DNA of 60,976 nt from a virus (IMGVR_UViG_3300042922_000323:1-60976), one strand, 5' to 3'. Positions 8,573 to 17,374 are shown, counted from the stretch's first letter. A program made the numbers and translations. The notes: generated by a model from the letters alone, not told the origin.

Positions 8573-9172
8573 TTGCTATACACATTCATTGATTTTGAGA
8601 CCACGGGTTTAGACCACGAAAGAGACCAGATAATTGAAGTTGGGATGGTCAAGTCAGACCTTACTGACGAGAACGTGTTCATGAAACAATTCTTCGTTAA
8701 ACTCGAAGATGGAAGAACATTGTCTGACTTCATTCAGCAACACACTGGACTTTCAGACTCTGACCTGATTGGCGGTCTGAGTAATAAAGAAGCAGAACAA
8801 GAAATTAGGGAGTTTATTAATGGCACTACCATTGTAGCTCACAACGCTTCATTTGACCTTGGATTTATTAAAAATATTGAAGTACCCAGGTTCTACTGTA
8901 CTCGCTCGATATGTAAGGTAATCGAGCCTGACAAAAAGGCGAACCTTGAATTTATTTGTAAAAGGTATGACATACCTCTCGATAGAGAAAAGGGTCACAG
9001 GGCTGTTGATGATGCCTTTGCGTGTATGAAAGTATTCGACCAATACAGACGCATGTTAGGAGGATATAACGGATTACGAATGTTTATGAACAAAATGGTC
9101 GGAAGTCCCGATAGACCTCTAACGTACATTCCAAGCAACGCCACAGTTCTTAACTTCTCACCCACAACATAA
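8573..9172 (+). CDS. DEDDh 3'-5' exonuclease (DNA pol III epsilon-like)
   Basis: FIDFETTGL, AHNASFD, HRAVDDA. Confidence 0.92.
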   Translation: MLYTFIDFETTGLDHERDQIIEVGMVKSDLTDENVFMKQFFVKLEDGRTLSDFIQQHTGLSDSDLIGGLSNKEAEQEIREFINGTTIVAHNASFDLGFIKNIEVPRFYCTRSICKVIEPDKKANLEFICKRYDIPLDREKGHRAVDDAFACMKVFDQYRRMLGGYNGLRMFMNKMVGSPDRPLTYIPSNATVLNFSPTT

Positions 9173-9243
9173 TAACCCCGCCCTGCGGCGGGTAGGCTTT
9201 ACGTAAATCTTTGCATCATTCTGACCTATAAGGAGGGATAGAG

Positions 9244-9456
9244 ATGGCAAAAGTAAAGGAGATTTACGTAGAAGCTTCGTTCACAAAAAACCTTGGTAAC
9301 TACCAAAGTTTCAAGCCTACCGCAGGTGTTACTATAACACTTGAACCAGGTGATGATGAAGCAGAAGTATACAAAAAAGCATGGGATTTAGTAGGAGACC
9401 AAGTTGAAGAGCAATTGAAATTGTTCGAGGAAGACCTGAGAGCCACTAAAAGGTAG
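9244..9456 (+). CDS. conserved phage hypothetical protein
   Basis: SFTKNLGNYQSFK motif typical of Firmicute phage proteins; RBS GGAGG. Confidence 0.7.
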   Translation: MAKVKEIYVEASFTKNLGNYQSFKPTAGVTITLEPGDDEAEVYKKAWDLVGDQVEEQLKLFEEDLRATKR

Positions 9457-9464
9457 GTGATAAT

Positions 9465-9773
9465 ATGTCTACAGATGTCGGTTCATTCTACATGAAGGAT
9501 GACCCAAAGATTGCCCACCAAGTTGCAAAACTTGTAAGTGATGAAATGGTCAAAATAGGATTTGGTGAAAGTATTAAATTCAGAATACGCCTAGAGACCA
9601 CGGTAGAAGTCCGTGAACGAATATTTTTCATGGACTTAGACAGGAATTTATTCATTGAATTGGAAGCTTGGATTAAGGATAACACATTTAACAAAGAGAA
9701 CGAAGTAATGAAGATTACAGTATTTAAAGAAGGTGTAATACCTAATCCTAAAGCTTTTGCAGGAGTCCAATAA
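9465..9773 (+). CDS. hypothetical protein
   Basis: 102 aa, RBS AGGTG. Confidence 0.65.
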   Translation: MSTDVGSFYMKDDPKIAHQVAKLVSDEMVKIGFGESIKFRIRLETTVEVRERIFFMDLDRNLFIELEAWIKDNTFNKENEVMKITVFKEGVIPNPKAFAGVQ

Positions 9774-9790
9774 TTTGGACTCCTGTTTTG
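9760..9790 (+). terminator. intrinsic terminator
   Basis: CAGGAGTCCAA-TAAT-TTGGACTCCTG then TTTT. Confidence 0.8.
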
Positions 9791-9807
9791 TATTACAGTG
9801 TATATAC

Positions 9808-9836
9808 TTGACGCAAGTTTATAATACTTGTATGTT
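9808..9836 (+). promoter_or_regulatory. possible SigA-type promoter
   Basis: TTGACG-N17-TATGTT; an alternative TATAAT at 9820-9825 makes the register ambiguous. Confidence 0.45.
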
Positions 9837-9850
9837 AGGAGGTTAGTGTG

Positions 9851-9973
9851 GTGAGTAAAGTTGATGAAGAACGTATGCGTGCGGTTCTTAGAGATTTGGA
9901 TTGTCAAAGGTTGTCAGTAGATAGAGCTTTCGCAATAATACGAAACTTATTAGAAGACAATGAGGAGGATTAG
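9851..9973 (+). CDS. 40-aa hypothetical protein (not in ORF track)
   Basis: MSKVDEERMRAVLRDLDCQRLSVDRAFAIIRNLLEDNEED; RBS AGGAGG. Confidence 0.55.
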   Translation: MSKVDEERMRAVLRDLDCQRLSVDRAFAIIRNLLEDNEED

Positions 9974-9979
9974 CTGATT

Positions 9980-10219
9980 ATGATAGTACGGTTAGGTGAT
10001 AAGGAATTTGAAGTAAGCAACGAAAAACTCGAAACAACTATGAAGATACAGAAATCACAATTCAATGACATTATAGTACATCATAGAAGTACAAACAATC
10101 TGCAGGGACTTATTTTCACACTATTTTGCATGAAGCAACTATCCGAGGGTATAATCGAGGACATGCTCGCAGAAATAGGTGTAGATAAGATGGGAGAAAT
10201 AGTAACAAAAACTAATTAA
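9980..10219 (+). CDS. hypothetical protein
   Basis: 79 aa, RBS GAGGAGG. Confidence 0.6.
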   Translation: MIVRLGDKEFEVSNEKLETTMKIQKSQFNDIIVHHRSTNNLQGLIFTLFCMKQLSEGIIEDMLAEIGVDKMGEIVTKTN

Positions 10220-10244
10220 TTTGATAATTATAGGAGGTATAATT

Positions 10245-10502
10245 ATGCCAGATTTTACAATGTGTGCGTCAGATAACTGCCCTAATAAGGCTAATTGCTA
10301 TAGGAAAAATGCAAAACCAAGTAAATCACAGAGTTTTGCATTGTACGAAAGTGTTTGTAATGAAGTTGTGGGTTTTGTTCATTTTATTGAGCAACCTGCA
10401 CCTAAATCATTCTTAGAGAGGAGGGCTGAGAAACATGCCATCAATGCAACTAACAGAAGGGAGCGTGGCGGCGGACGAGTCGGTTACACTCCAAGACGGT
10501 AA
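10245..10502 (+). CDS. small Cys-motif phage protein
   Basis: MPDFTMC...CP....CYR; RBS AGGAGG. Confidence 0.6.
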   Translation: MPDFTMCASDNCPNKANCYRKNAKPSKSQSFALYESVCNEVVGFVHFIEQPAPKSFLERRAEKHAINATNRRERGGGRVGYTPRR

Positions 10503-11004
10503 TTTTTCAGGCGGTACTGTGATACCTTTTATCACCCGTGTCTTTAATGAAGCTACTAAGAGACACGAAAGTATTTATAACTGGACTGTGCCTGTGAGTG
10601 AATTGGGTCTCAAACTTTTAGATGTGAAACTTAAAGAGTATCATAAGGTAGTTGAGAACAAGATAGGTCATAAGTTAATTGCCATAGACCCTCGGGTGAT
10701 AACAGAACTTCTTATAGAGAGTGGTTACATACCTATAAAAAGACAGTGGTGGGGAAGACATTCAGTAGTTCCTTTTAAAGAGTTGGAAAAACTTGCAATA
10801 GCAGGTACTAACGAACTCGCAAAGTTACTGTACTTACACTACAGTACTAAGAGAGAATCGTACTATTTAAAGAGTACATTAGACAAGCAGAAGATGGAGG
10901 ATGGGGAGTTATGGCGTAAGTTAAAGAAAAAGGCGAAAGATCAGCCCGCCTTAACCGCCATTATTCAAGGTATAGAGGAAGAAGCACTTGTGGGCGGAGG
11001 ATAG
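10435..11004 (+). CDS. hypothetical protein
   Basis: 189 aa, RBS GAGGAGG. Confidence 0.65.
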   Translation: MPSMQLTEGSVAADESVTLQDGNFSGGTVIPFITRVFNEATKRHESIYNWTVPVSELGLKLLDVKLKEYHKVVENKIGHKLIAIDPRVITELLIESGYIPIKRQWWGRHSVVPFKELEKLAIAGTNELAKLLYLHYSTKRESYYLKSTLDKQKMEDGELWRKLKKKAKDQPALTAIIQGIEEEALVGGG

Positions 11005-11007
11005 CAT

Positions 11008-11667
11008 ATGGCTGCTAAGATAACAACTCTTGAAGTCGAAAAAGTGTTTAATGAAGATGTTAGAGAGAAGAAGATTTCTGGTCGTGGAATACACAATAGG
11101 GCTTTACGGAAGAAGGGATTCCGAGGGGGAGTTCGCTTTCCTTCGGATTCTCTAAAGCCGAGTCAGATAAAGAAACTAAGTGGGGAGGTGAGGATATACA
11201 ATATGTATGATAAAGTACCGCCGTATTCAGAGTTTAAATCTATGGCTGATGAAGAGCGTGTTGTAGCTATGAACCATTGGATTAATGAAATGCACCTAAC
11301 AAAGGAAGATATTTTGGAAGGGTGGGGGTTTACTGGTAAACAGCACATACATTATTATTTTGATAATGTAAGACGCTTAAAGCTTTATGGCTTAAAAGTT
11401 AACACCAAAAATAGTAAACCTAAAAAGCAAAAAAGCAATCAGCCTAAAACTCCTAAGAGTCAGGCTGTAGATTTAACACAAACTTTTCAGGTACAACCGC
11501 TCAAATACCAAGAACCAAAACCATCAACAGTATTCAATATTTCTTGGAATGACACAGCGGGAATTATAGGAGAAGAAGTTTCTGCTAGACTTGTAGATAT
11601 AGGTTCAATCATCAACAAGGGTAAGAAATATATTATTACTGTTGAAATCGGTGAACTTAGGGAGTGA
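11008..11667 (+). CDS. basic hypothetical protein, possible DNA binder
   Basis: 219 aa, Lys-rich. Confidence 0.65.
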   Translation: MAAKITTLEVEKVFNEDVREKKISGRGIHNRALRKKGFRGGVRFPSDSLKPSQIKKLSGEVRIYNMYDKVPPYSEFKSMADEERVVAMNHWINEMHLTKEDILEGWGFTGKQHIHYYFDNVRRLKLYGLKVNTKNSKPKKQKSNQPKTPKSQAVDLTQTFQVQPLKYQEPKPSTVFNISWNDTAGIIGEEVSARLVDIGSIINKGKKYIITVEIGELRE

Positions 11668-11894
11668 TTGTTATTGGTACAACCCTCTATAGGGACGTGT
11701 TGTTAGATGATAGTGAGTGTATGGATATGCTAATCTTATTAGACCTTGAAATTATCCGTATACGCTCTGCACTTGCAAACACAAATAACCGGGGAGCTAA
11801 GCAGATGTATATGCAGAAGCTAAAGAGCTATGGTGGCATAGCTGACCGAATTAGGTTCTCCCATGAAACAACAACGGTGGGGCTAGATGTTTAG
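11664..11894 (+). CDS. hypothetical protein
   Basis: 76 aa, coupled GTGA overlap. Confidence 0.55.
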   Translation: MIVIGTTLYRDVLLDDSECMDMLILLDLEIIRIRSALANTNNRGAKQMYMQKLKSYGGIADRIRFSHETTTVGLDV

Positions 11895-11927
11895 CCCCGC
11901 CACTTTTTATTATTAGGAGGAATACTG

Positions 11928-12302
11928 ATGGAGAAACAATACATGTTATGCGTTAATAACACAGACTATGAAGACTGTATGACTATAGGTTGGCATTACT
12001 GGGTAGAAATTGAAAATATCGAGGGCGGTCATAAGATGTACAAGTTCCACGATGACTATGACGAGCCACTACAATCTATGGTTGAGCGATTCATCCCTAT
12101 TGAAATAAAGAAGAATGATGTTATTCAAACAAATCCCAATATAGAAGGGTGCGGCGGTTGTCTATGTCAGGTTACAGATGTGAGCTATTGGGGAGTGACG
12201 GTGTTACTTAAAATACCTTATAGAGGTGACACTTTCATGCGGGTGCATAACGGAGATTTTGAACTTGTAGGTGATGCACCTTTTAATCTAAAGGAGGATT
12301 AA
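11928..12302 (+). CDS. hypothetical protein
   Basis: 124 aa, RBS AGGAGG. Confidence 0.7.
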   Translation: MEKQYMLCVNNTDYEDCMTIGWHYWVEIENIEGGHKMYKFHDDYDEPLQSMVERFIPIEIKKNDVIQTNPNIEGCGGCLCQVTDVSYWGVTVLLKIPYRGDTFMRVHNGDFELVGDAPFNLKED

Positions 12303-12304
12303 AT

Positions 12305-12514
12305 ATGAAGAAGTTATACATTAACGATAAGCCCGCTGTAAAGGGGCAGGAAGTAACTACATTTAGGGGTGAGAAATTAACCCTCACGGGATGGAGAGAA
12401 CCTCACAAGCCCTCTAGCACTGGTAGAGTGTTTGTCACGGGAAATTATGTCGGTGAGTTCTTTCCAAGTGTAATTGGTGGAGAATTTAGAGAGGAGAATG
12501 AAAATGAAGTTTAA
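12305..12514 (+). CDS. hypothetical protein
   Basis: 69 aa, RBS AGGAGG. Confidence 0.65.
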   Translation: MKKLYINDKPAVKGQEVTTFRGEKLTLTGWREPHKPSSTGRVFVTGNYVGEFFPSVIGGEFREENENEV

Positions 12515-13082
12515 AGGTGATATAATCATTACAGACCCTTGTTATCTTATGAAGGATAAGGAAAATAACCCTAATAATCCTAGACCTAAAATGGGTGATT
12601 ACCCAATTCTAGCAGGAAAGGGAAGTAAGAAATTTTCCGACTTTACAGAAGAAGAAAATAAAGCGTATGCTGAATATGAAAAAGCACAAAAGAAGTGGGA
12701 TAGGGAAAATCCTGATGATTGGGACGTTTGCGGAAATGGTGAAAACTTGCAAGCACTTGGATTTAATACCTACTTATGTAGGGATACTTTATATGGGGAC
12801 TGGTCATGTACTACATACAACGCCGACACCAAGGCAGTTTTAGGTAAATTCTGTGCTGATGCAGGTATGGTAATAGTATGTCTGTTAGACGAAGTTTTGA
12901 AGTACAATCCTGACTTTAGTTACCATATCAAAAGACCGTGGACTACTACTTGGATTAAAGATTTTGATGGGGATATAACACTTTCAGAAGTTGATGTACA
13001 TGACGATGAAGGTAATGATTGGGAAGTCAGAGCCATAGGAAAAGGCAATATTAACTTCTTTACTACTCAGACAGGACTATAG
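12504..13082 (+). CDS. conserved hypothetical protein
   Basis: GDIIITDPCY, TLYGDWSC, GKFCADAGMV motifs. Confidence 0.75.
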   Translation: MKFKGDIIITDPCYLMKDKENNPNNPRPKMGDYPILAGKGSKKFSDFTEEENKAYAEYEKAQKKWDRENPDDWDVCGNGENLQALGFNTYLCRDTLYGDWSCTTYNADTKAVLGKFCADAGMVIVCLLDEVLKYNPDFSYHIKRPWTTTWIKDFDGDITLSEVDVHDDEGNDWEVRAIGKGNINFFTTQTGL

Positions 13083-13171
13083 AATAAAGCAAATAACTCC
13101 ACTAAATTATGTGAAAAATATTTTTAAAAACATTTTTAAATGATAAAACAGTTTTCTACCTCTATATTTCG

Positions 13172-13217
13172 TTCACGTTTCCGTGATATAATTATATAAT
13201 AATTCACGTTTGCGGGA
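13172..13217 (+). promoter_or_regulatory. SigA-type promoter with two TCACG-N4-CG(T/G)GA operators
   Basis: TTCACG-N17-TATAAT; palindrome TCACGTTTCCGTGA 13173-13186, near-copy at 13204-13217. Confidence 0.65.
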
Positions 13218-13232
13218 AAAGAGGACAAAACA

Positions 13233-13619
13233 ATGGGGAAGAAAATTAAGATAGCAGAAATAACTATCAAGAAGGGCGATAAGCTAACGATTCGTAACAT
13301 AAATGGAAAAAGTCTGTCAGGAGAGATAATAAACATAAATGAAGAAACAGCTGAAGCGATGTTGTTTGAAACATATACTGATTCAAATATCAGGGTTCAT
13401 CACATTGAAATTATGGCTCAAGCCAGTCTTCCCTCTTTCTATAGCATTTCAGAGGTGCTGACTTTCTCGGAGGCGGCAGAAATTTGGGATATAGACCCCA
13501 GTACACTGCGACATCGGGTTACGAGTGAAGAACTCCAAGAAGGGGTAGATTACAGAAAAAGCAGCAAAGTATGGCTAATCACGAAAAACGCTATGGAAAG
13601 GTTGTATGGAATGAAATAA
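13233..13619 (+). CDS. C-terminal helix-turn-helix DNA-binding protein
   Basis: VLTFSEAAEIWDIDPSTLRH...DYRKS.KVWLIT..AMERLYG. Confidence 0.85.
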   Translation: MGKKIKIAEITIKKGDKLTIRNINGKSLSGEIININEETAEAMLFETYTDSNIRVHHIEIMAQASLPSFYSISEVLTFSEAAEIWDIDPSTLRHRVTSEELQEGVDYRKSSKVWLITKNAMERLYGMK

Positions 13620-13636
13620 CTATATTATTTGAAGAT

Positions 13637-13674
13637 AAAAAACCACACTCCATAAATGGCTGTGTGGTTTTTTT
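13637..13674. terminator. bidirectional terminator at the strand switch
   Basis: AAAAAACCACAC...GTGTGGTTTTTTT. Confidence 0.85.
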
Positions 13675-13703
13675 ATTTAGTTTGCGTGTCGGCAGGTGTA
13701 TTA

Positions 13704-13943
13704 TTATTCCGCCTTTTCGTAGTGAGTAGATGTAGAAGTAATATTAGCTTCTGCCGCCTTACCATCCACATATGCTTCACCCAGTATATACACTGCTACA
13801 GAGCCGATAGCTCCGATGATACCAACCACTTGTGCGGTATCGTTGCCAGAAAGTCCTACAATCGCCCCTATAGAGGTGGCTACACCTGCTATAAGTGCCC
13901 AAAACTTTCTACTTCCTAACTTGCTTGCCCAATCAATTTTCAT
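13704..13943 (-). CDS. putative holin (2 TM)
   Basis: MKIDWASKLGSRKFW...YILGEAYVD, typical clostridial phage holin pattern. Confidence 0.75.
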   Translation of the reverse strand: MKIDWASKLGSRKFWALIAGVATSIGAIVGLSGNDTAQVVGIIGAIGSVAVYILGEAYVDGKAAEANITSTSTHYEKAE

Positions 13944-13956
13944 AATTAACACTCCT

Positions 13957-14136
13957 TTACTTTCCAAGGTATTTAAGCATACTACAGACTATACCTGCCG
14001 CCTGTTCCCTAGTGAGTTCATCCTTCGGATTAAACTCTCCATTACTACCTACCATAATACCTAGCTCTTTACATTTGAGGACTGCGTCTTTAGCCCAGTT
14101 TGCTACTTCATTCCAGTCTACATAAGGTTCTGCCAT
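13957..14136 (-). CDS. stand-alone single SLH (S-layer homology) domain protein, 59 aa (not in ORF track)
   Basis: MAEPYVDWNEVANWAKDAVLKCKELGIMVGSNGEFNPKDELTREQAAGIVCSMLKYLGK; RBS AAAGGGGG. Confidence 0.85.
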   Translation of the reverse strand: MAEPYVDWNEVANWAKDAVLKCKELGIMVGSNGEFNPKDELTREQAAGIVCSMLKYLGK

Positions 14137-14153
14137 CTGATTCGCCCCCTTTC

Positions 14154-14681
14154 TTAACCTGCTACATTACTATCGTCCTTTGGTGCACCTTCAACTGTAC
14201 CGCCTTCATCTTCAATAATCTTTTTCTGTCTTCTTCTAAGGACTGGTAATAACCAACTTAGTTCATCATGCCCTGCATCTAACAAATTCTCTACACAGCT
14301 TTGTGCTTCTCTTAAAAACATTACTGAGTAGGCTAATGTTGATAGGAATACAGCCGCCCCTGCTACTGGTGCTACCCTCACGGATAAGCCACACAAAATC
14401 ATAAGTACTAAAAAGCTAATTAACTTTTTCCTAGTTCCTCTATAAAAATTATCAGAACTAATACTACCTGCCGCTATTGCTTTCTTTATTGAGCCATGTG
14501 GTTTACGTAGAGCATAATACTTGGTTAGAATATCAAGTATCATAGCCCCGCCTAATCCTATTGCGGCGGTATAATACGCATCACTGGGGAATAAAATGTA
14601 ACTAATAACTGACCATAGTAAGGCGAGAAATGGTTTCATTCCCGAGCATACTTTGCCCAAATACTCTAAAATCTCATTCAT
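14154..14681 (-). CDS. holin, toxin secretion/phage lysis holin family
   Basis: TM helices, LDILTK, G.RKKL, EAQSCVEN. Confidence 0.8.
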   Translation of the reverse strand: MNEILEYLGKVCSGMKPFLALLWSVISYILFPSDAYYTAAIGLGGAMILDILTKYYALRKPHGSIKKAIAAGSISSDNFYRGTRKKLISFLVLMILCGLSVRVAPVAGAAVFLSTLAYSVMFLREAQSCVENLLDAGHDELSWLLPVLRRRQKKIIEDEGGTVEGAPKDDSNVAG

Positions 14682-14714
14682 CTTATTGTCCTCCTCATTA
14701 CTCGTCTACTCTAT

Positions 14715-14724
14715 TAGAATAGAC
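14715..14724 (-). promoter_or_regulatory. candidate late promoter motif GTCTATTCTA
   Basis: 34 nt before holin start; identical 10-mer before starts at 49243 and 53604. Confidence 0.5.
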
Positions 14725-14758
14725 TAAAATGAGGAGAGCACTATGTACTCCCGTCATT

Positions 14759-15571
14759 TTATACATCTGTGTACTTATCAATTAATTTAGCTATCTTCTT
14801 AATAATTCGGCTTACCCTCATTTGTGAGATGTTGTATTCCCTGGCGGTCTGTGTCTGTGAATTACCTTCCATCTGAGAGTTTAGTACATTAACCTCAGTG
14901 TCGGTCAACTTAGCCCTTATAGAATCTATTATTGAATCTACATACACCTTATCAACCACATCTATTTCAACATTTTCATCAGCGTGTAATAAATCCATAA
15001 GACAGGTGTCTGGTACATATCGCTGTTTCTCAACTAGTGGGTATGTTACCTTCCCCTCTAATGACTTTACAGGTTGTCCAATCTGTAGCACCTTTGTAAT
15101 CTTTTCTTCCTTCTCGTCAAGCAGCATTGCTAAATCTTCAACAGAAGGCATATATCCGAAATCGTTCTCGACTTTTCTAATATCCATTAGAAGTGAGTGA
15201 GCCGTTCTTGTAAGTCGAATTATATTCGCTGTGTCCCTCAGAAAACATCTAATTTCTCTCACAATAGCAGTAACTGCAAAGGAAGAGAACTTTATACCTC
15301 TTGTAGTATCGAAGGCTTTAATTGCCTTTATATAACCCATACGTCCCAGTTGTAATATATCTTCTTTTTCAAGACCGTTGTTGTCAGCTATTGTTTCGGG
15401 TTTTCCAATGTACTTATGAACGGAGTGCCAAATCAAATTCTCGTTAACTAATAGAACATCGCCCAAATAAGCGGGGTCTTCTTTACAGCGTTCAATGTTA
15501 TCCATTCGGTACATAGAGTAGTAGGTTTTGTCTTTACTGAGGTTTTCCTTTATGTGTTTTGGGAAATCCAT
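14759..15571 (-). CDS. SigB/F/G-like RNA polymerase sigma factor
   Basis: NENLIW..., EDILQLG.MG.IKA...FD..RG.KFSSFA...I..EIR.FLRD, SQM.VSRI. Confidence 0.92.
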   Translation of the reverse strand: MDFPKHIKENLSKDKTYYSMYRMDNIERCKEDPAYLGDVLLVNENLIWHSVHKYIGKPETIADNNGLEKEDILQLGRMGYIKAIKAFDTTRGIKFSSFAVTAIVREIRCFLRDTANIIRLTRTAHSLLMDIRKVENDFGYMPSVEDLAMLLDEKEEKITKVLQIGQPVKSLEGKVTYPLVEKQRYVPDTCLMDLLHADENVEIDVVDKVYVDSIIDSIRAKLTDTEVNVLNSQMEGNSQTQTAREYNISQMRVSRIIKKIAKLIDKYTDV

Positions 15572-15615
15572 TTTAACCCCTCCATATGAGGAGAGCGGGG
15601 TTTAACCCGCCCTCG

Positions 15616-15717
15616 TTAGAAAATAAGCTTTATCAAGTACTCTACAGCATCTGCAAGCATATACCCAAGGAATATGCACAATCCCATCACAACAGGTTCT
15701 TTTACCTCTTTTTTCAT
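15616..15717 (-). CDS. 33-aa hydrophobic peptide (not in ORF track)
   Basis: MKKEVKEPVVMGLCIFLGYMLADAVEYLIKLIF; RBS GAGG. Confidence 0.5.
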   Translation of the reverse strand: MKKEVKEPVVMGLCIFLGYMLADAVEYLIKLIF

Positions 15718-15723
15718 ACACTA

Positions 15724-16011
15724 TTACCTCTTTCCCTGTATTCTATCCTTCAAAGGCTTAGTCATTCTTGCAACTACTGTAGTAACTGCGGGAATGGTCA
15801 TAGGCTCTTTTGTTATTGGGTTCTTACCATCTTTAGCATCACGGTGTTTCACGAAGAAGTTAAAGAAGTTATTAACCTTCACATCATCACCTGCTACTAA
15901 GTAGCCTGTAATCAATCCAAGTATATCTTCTAATCTCTTCTCGGCTTCAACCTTGGTAATACCTTCTTGTACAGCATAGTCAGCAATAATCTCGTTCTTA
16001 AATTTTGTCAT
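15724..16011 (-). CDS. HU/IHF-family DNA-binding protein
   Basis: MTK.., G.F..K.R.A..GKNP.T.E.MTIPA. Confidence 0.92.
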   Translation of the reverse strand: MTKFKNEIIADYAVQEGITKVEAEKRLEDILGLITGYLVAGDDVKVNNFFNFFVKHRDAKDGKNPITKEPMTIPAVTTVVARMTKPLKDRIQGKR

Positions 16012-16035
16012 GTAAAATATCCTCCAAATAAGTAT

Positions 16036-16689
16036 TTATACTAATTCTCTGCTCATGTTACCGTTAGTGTCATACACTGTCTTAAAAAAGCCAAGGCTAA
16101 CCAAATCAAACACTTCTTCATGAACAGCATCAGGGTCTCTATTAGCGTCAACAACATAAATTAGTTCATCATCTTTATCTATCCTGCGGTATATATCAGC
16201 AAGCACGTTATACGCCATCCTTGCTCTATTAAGTAAGTCTGTGTCTAACTCATGCATATCATCACGCACAGCTTTACGTTTCATTGACGTTTCGGCTGAA
16301 ATATCAAGAACCACAGTCATATCAGGTTTTCTAATCTTATCTTGAAGACCTTTAACCCACTCAACATCTATCCCTTTCGCCATACAATATGCATGGTTTG
16401 AGAGTGTATATCTATCACAAACCAAAAAGTCTATCCCACATTGTTCCAGAACTTCTATATCTTTTTGGTAGTCTTGAACATCAACCTGCATCAGCATGTG
16501 TAATGCTTCTTTTGAAAGGTTAACATCACCCTTTAATACTGACTTTATCCACTGTCCTGTAGACCTGTTATATCTTGGGAAAGCCACCATCGCTACTTTG
16601 TAACCTCTAATAGCTAATGCTTGTGTGAGCATTGTGACTTGGGTCTCTTTACCCGAAGCATCAATACCTTCAAATGCAATTATCCTCAC
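16036..16689 (-). CDS. tmk: thymidylate (dTMP) kinase
   Basis: IAFEGIDASGKETQ, CDRY..S..AY, KPD. Confidence 0.93.
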   Translation of the reverse strand: MRIIAFEGIDASGKETQVTMLTQALAIRGYKVAMVAFPRYNRSTGQWIKSVLKGDVNLSKEALHMLMQVDVQDYQKDIEVLEQCGIDFLVCDRYTLSNHAYCMAKGIDVEWVKGLQDKIRKPDMTVVLDISAETSMKRKAVRDDMHELDTDLLNRARMAYNVLADIYRRIDKDDELIYVVDANRDPDAVHEEVFDLVSLGFFKTVYDTNGNMSRELV

Positions 16690-16868
16690 ACTGTCGCCCC
16701 CTCTAAAGGAACGCCAACTTCTTCAAAGCCCACTAAGTCATATCCTTTGAAGTGCTGAGTAGCCACAGCTATAGCAGTACCTTCATCTTTAGCCTGTACA
16801 ACTACTTTTCTTTCACCAGTGTTTTTATACTTCGACAAGTCCTTTAAAGTAATCTCAAACTTCCTCAT
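16686..16868 (-). CDS. hypothetical protein
   Basis: 60 aa, coupled. Confidence 0.55.
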   Translation of the reverse strand: MRKFEITLKDLSKYKNTGERKVVVQAKDEGTAIAVATQHFKGYDLVGFEEVGVPLEGATV

Positions 16869-17088
16869 TAAAATCTACCCCCTCGGTATCTAAAATCCAA
16901 TTACCATCACTTCCGTATGGTTTTGGTTCTGTCATTGCTTTGAATACTGTGCTACCATCTGAATCCCTAACAGGAGTCATTTCTGGTGGGTCGAACATAC
17001 GAAATAGTTCGCCCACCTTAATTTCATTCATATGAGCATCGACCCATTTACCATCACGGTAAATTTCAAGCTTTCTAAAAATCGCCAT
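16855..17088 (-). CDS. hypothetical protein
   Basis: MAIFRKLEI..., RBS GGGGG. Confidence 0.6.
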   Translation of the reverse strand: MAIFRKLEIYRDGKWVDAHMNEIKVGELFRMFDPPEMTPVRDSDGSTVFKAMTEPKPYGSDGNWILDTEGVDFNEEV

Positions 17089-17092
17089 ATAA

Positions 17093-17374
17093 TTACCCCC
17101 TAACAGGAATGAACTCATTAAGTTTTGTCAGAAGTGCTCCGTTCTGTTCTACGGCGGACTGAGCCTTGTTCTTGGTCTGCTTTGCTTTTGCAATGCTTTC
17201 CATGTACTTGTTAATCTTGCTATCGCTATCAGCAATAGCCTTTGACAGTTCTGCGTTGGCAAGTTCAACATCTTTTGCCGCTTTAGCAAACACGTTCATA
17301 GTTCTGTAGACCTTTTTCTCAGCCTTTGCTATCCTTGCTTCTGCATCTTTTACGTCATCAAATAATTTAGACAT
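17093..17374 (-). CDS. coiled-coil hypothetical protein
   Basis: Ala/Lys heptads, RBS AGGGGG. Confidence 0.65.
   Translation of the reverse strand: MSKLFDDVKDAEARIAKAEKKVYRTMNVFAKAAKDVELANAELSKAIADSDSKINKYMESIAKAKQTKNKAQSAVEQNGALLTKLNEFIPVRG

Noticed and set aside
13957-14156. Frameshift/readthrough fusing the holin to the SLH domain
   Set aside because: The SLH ORF has its own RBS and ATG 18 nt after the holin stop, and I saw no slippery-site or readthrough evidence.
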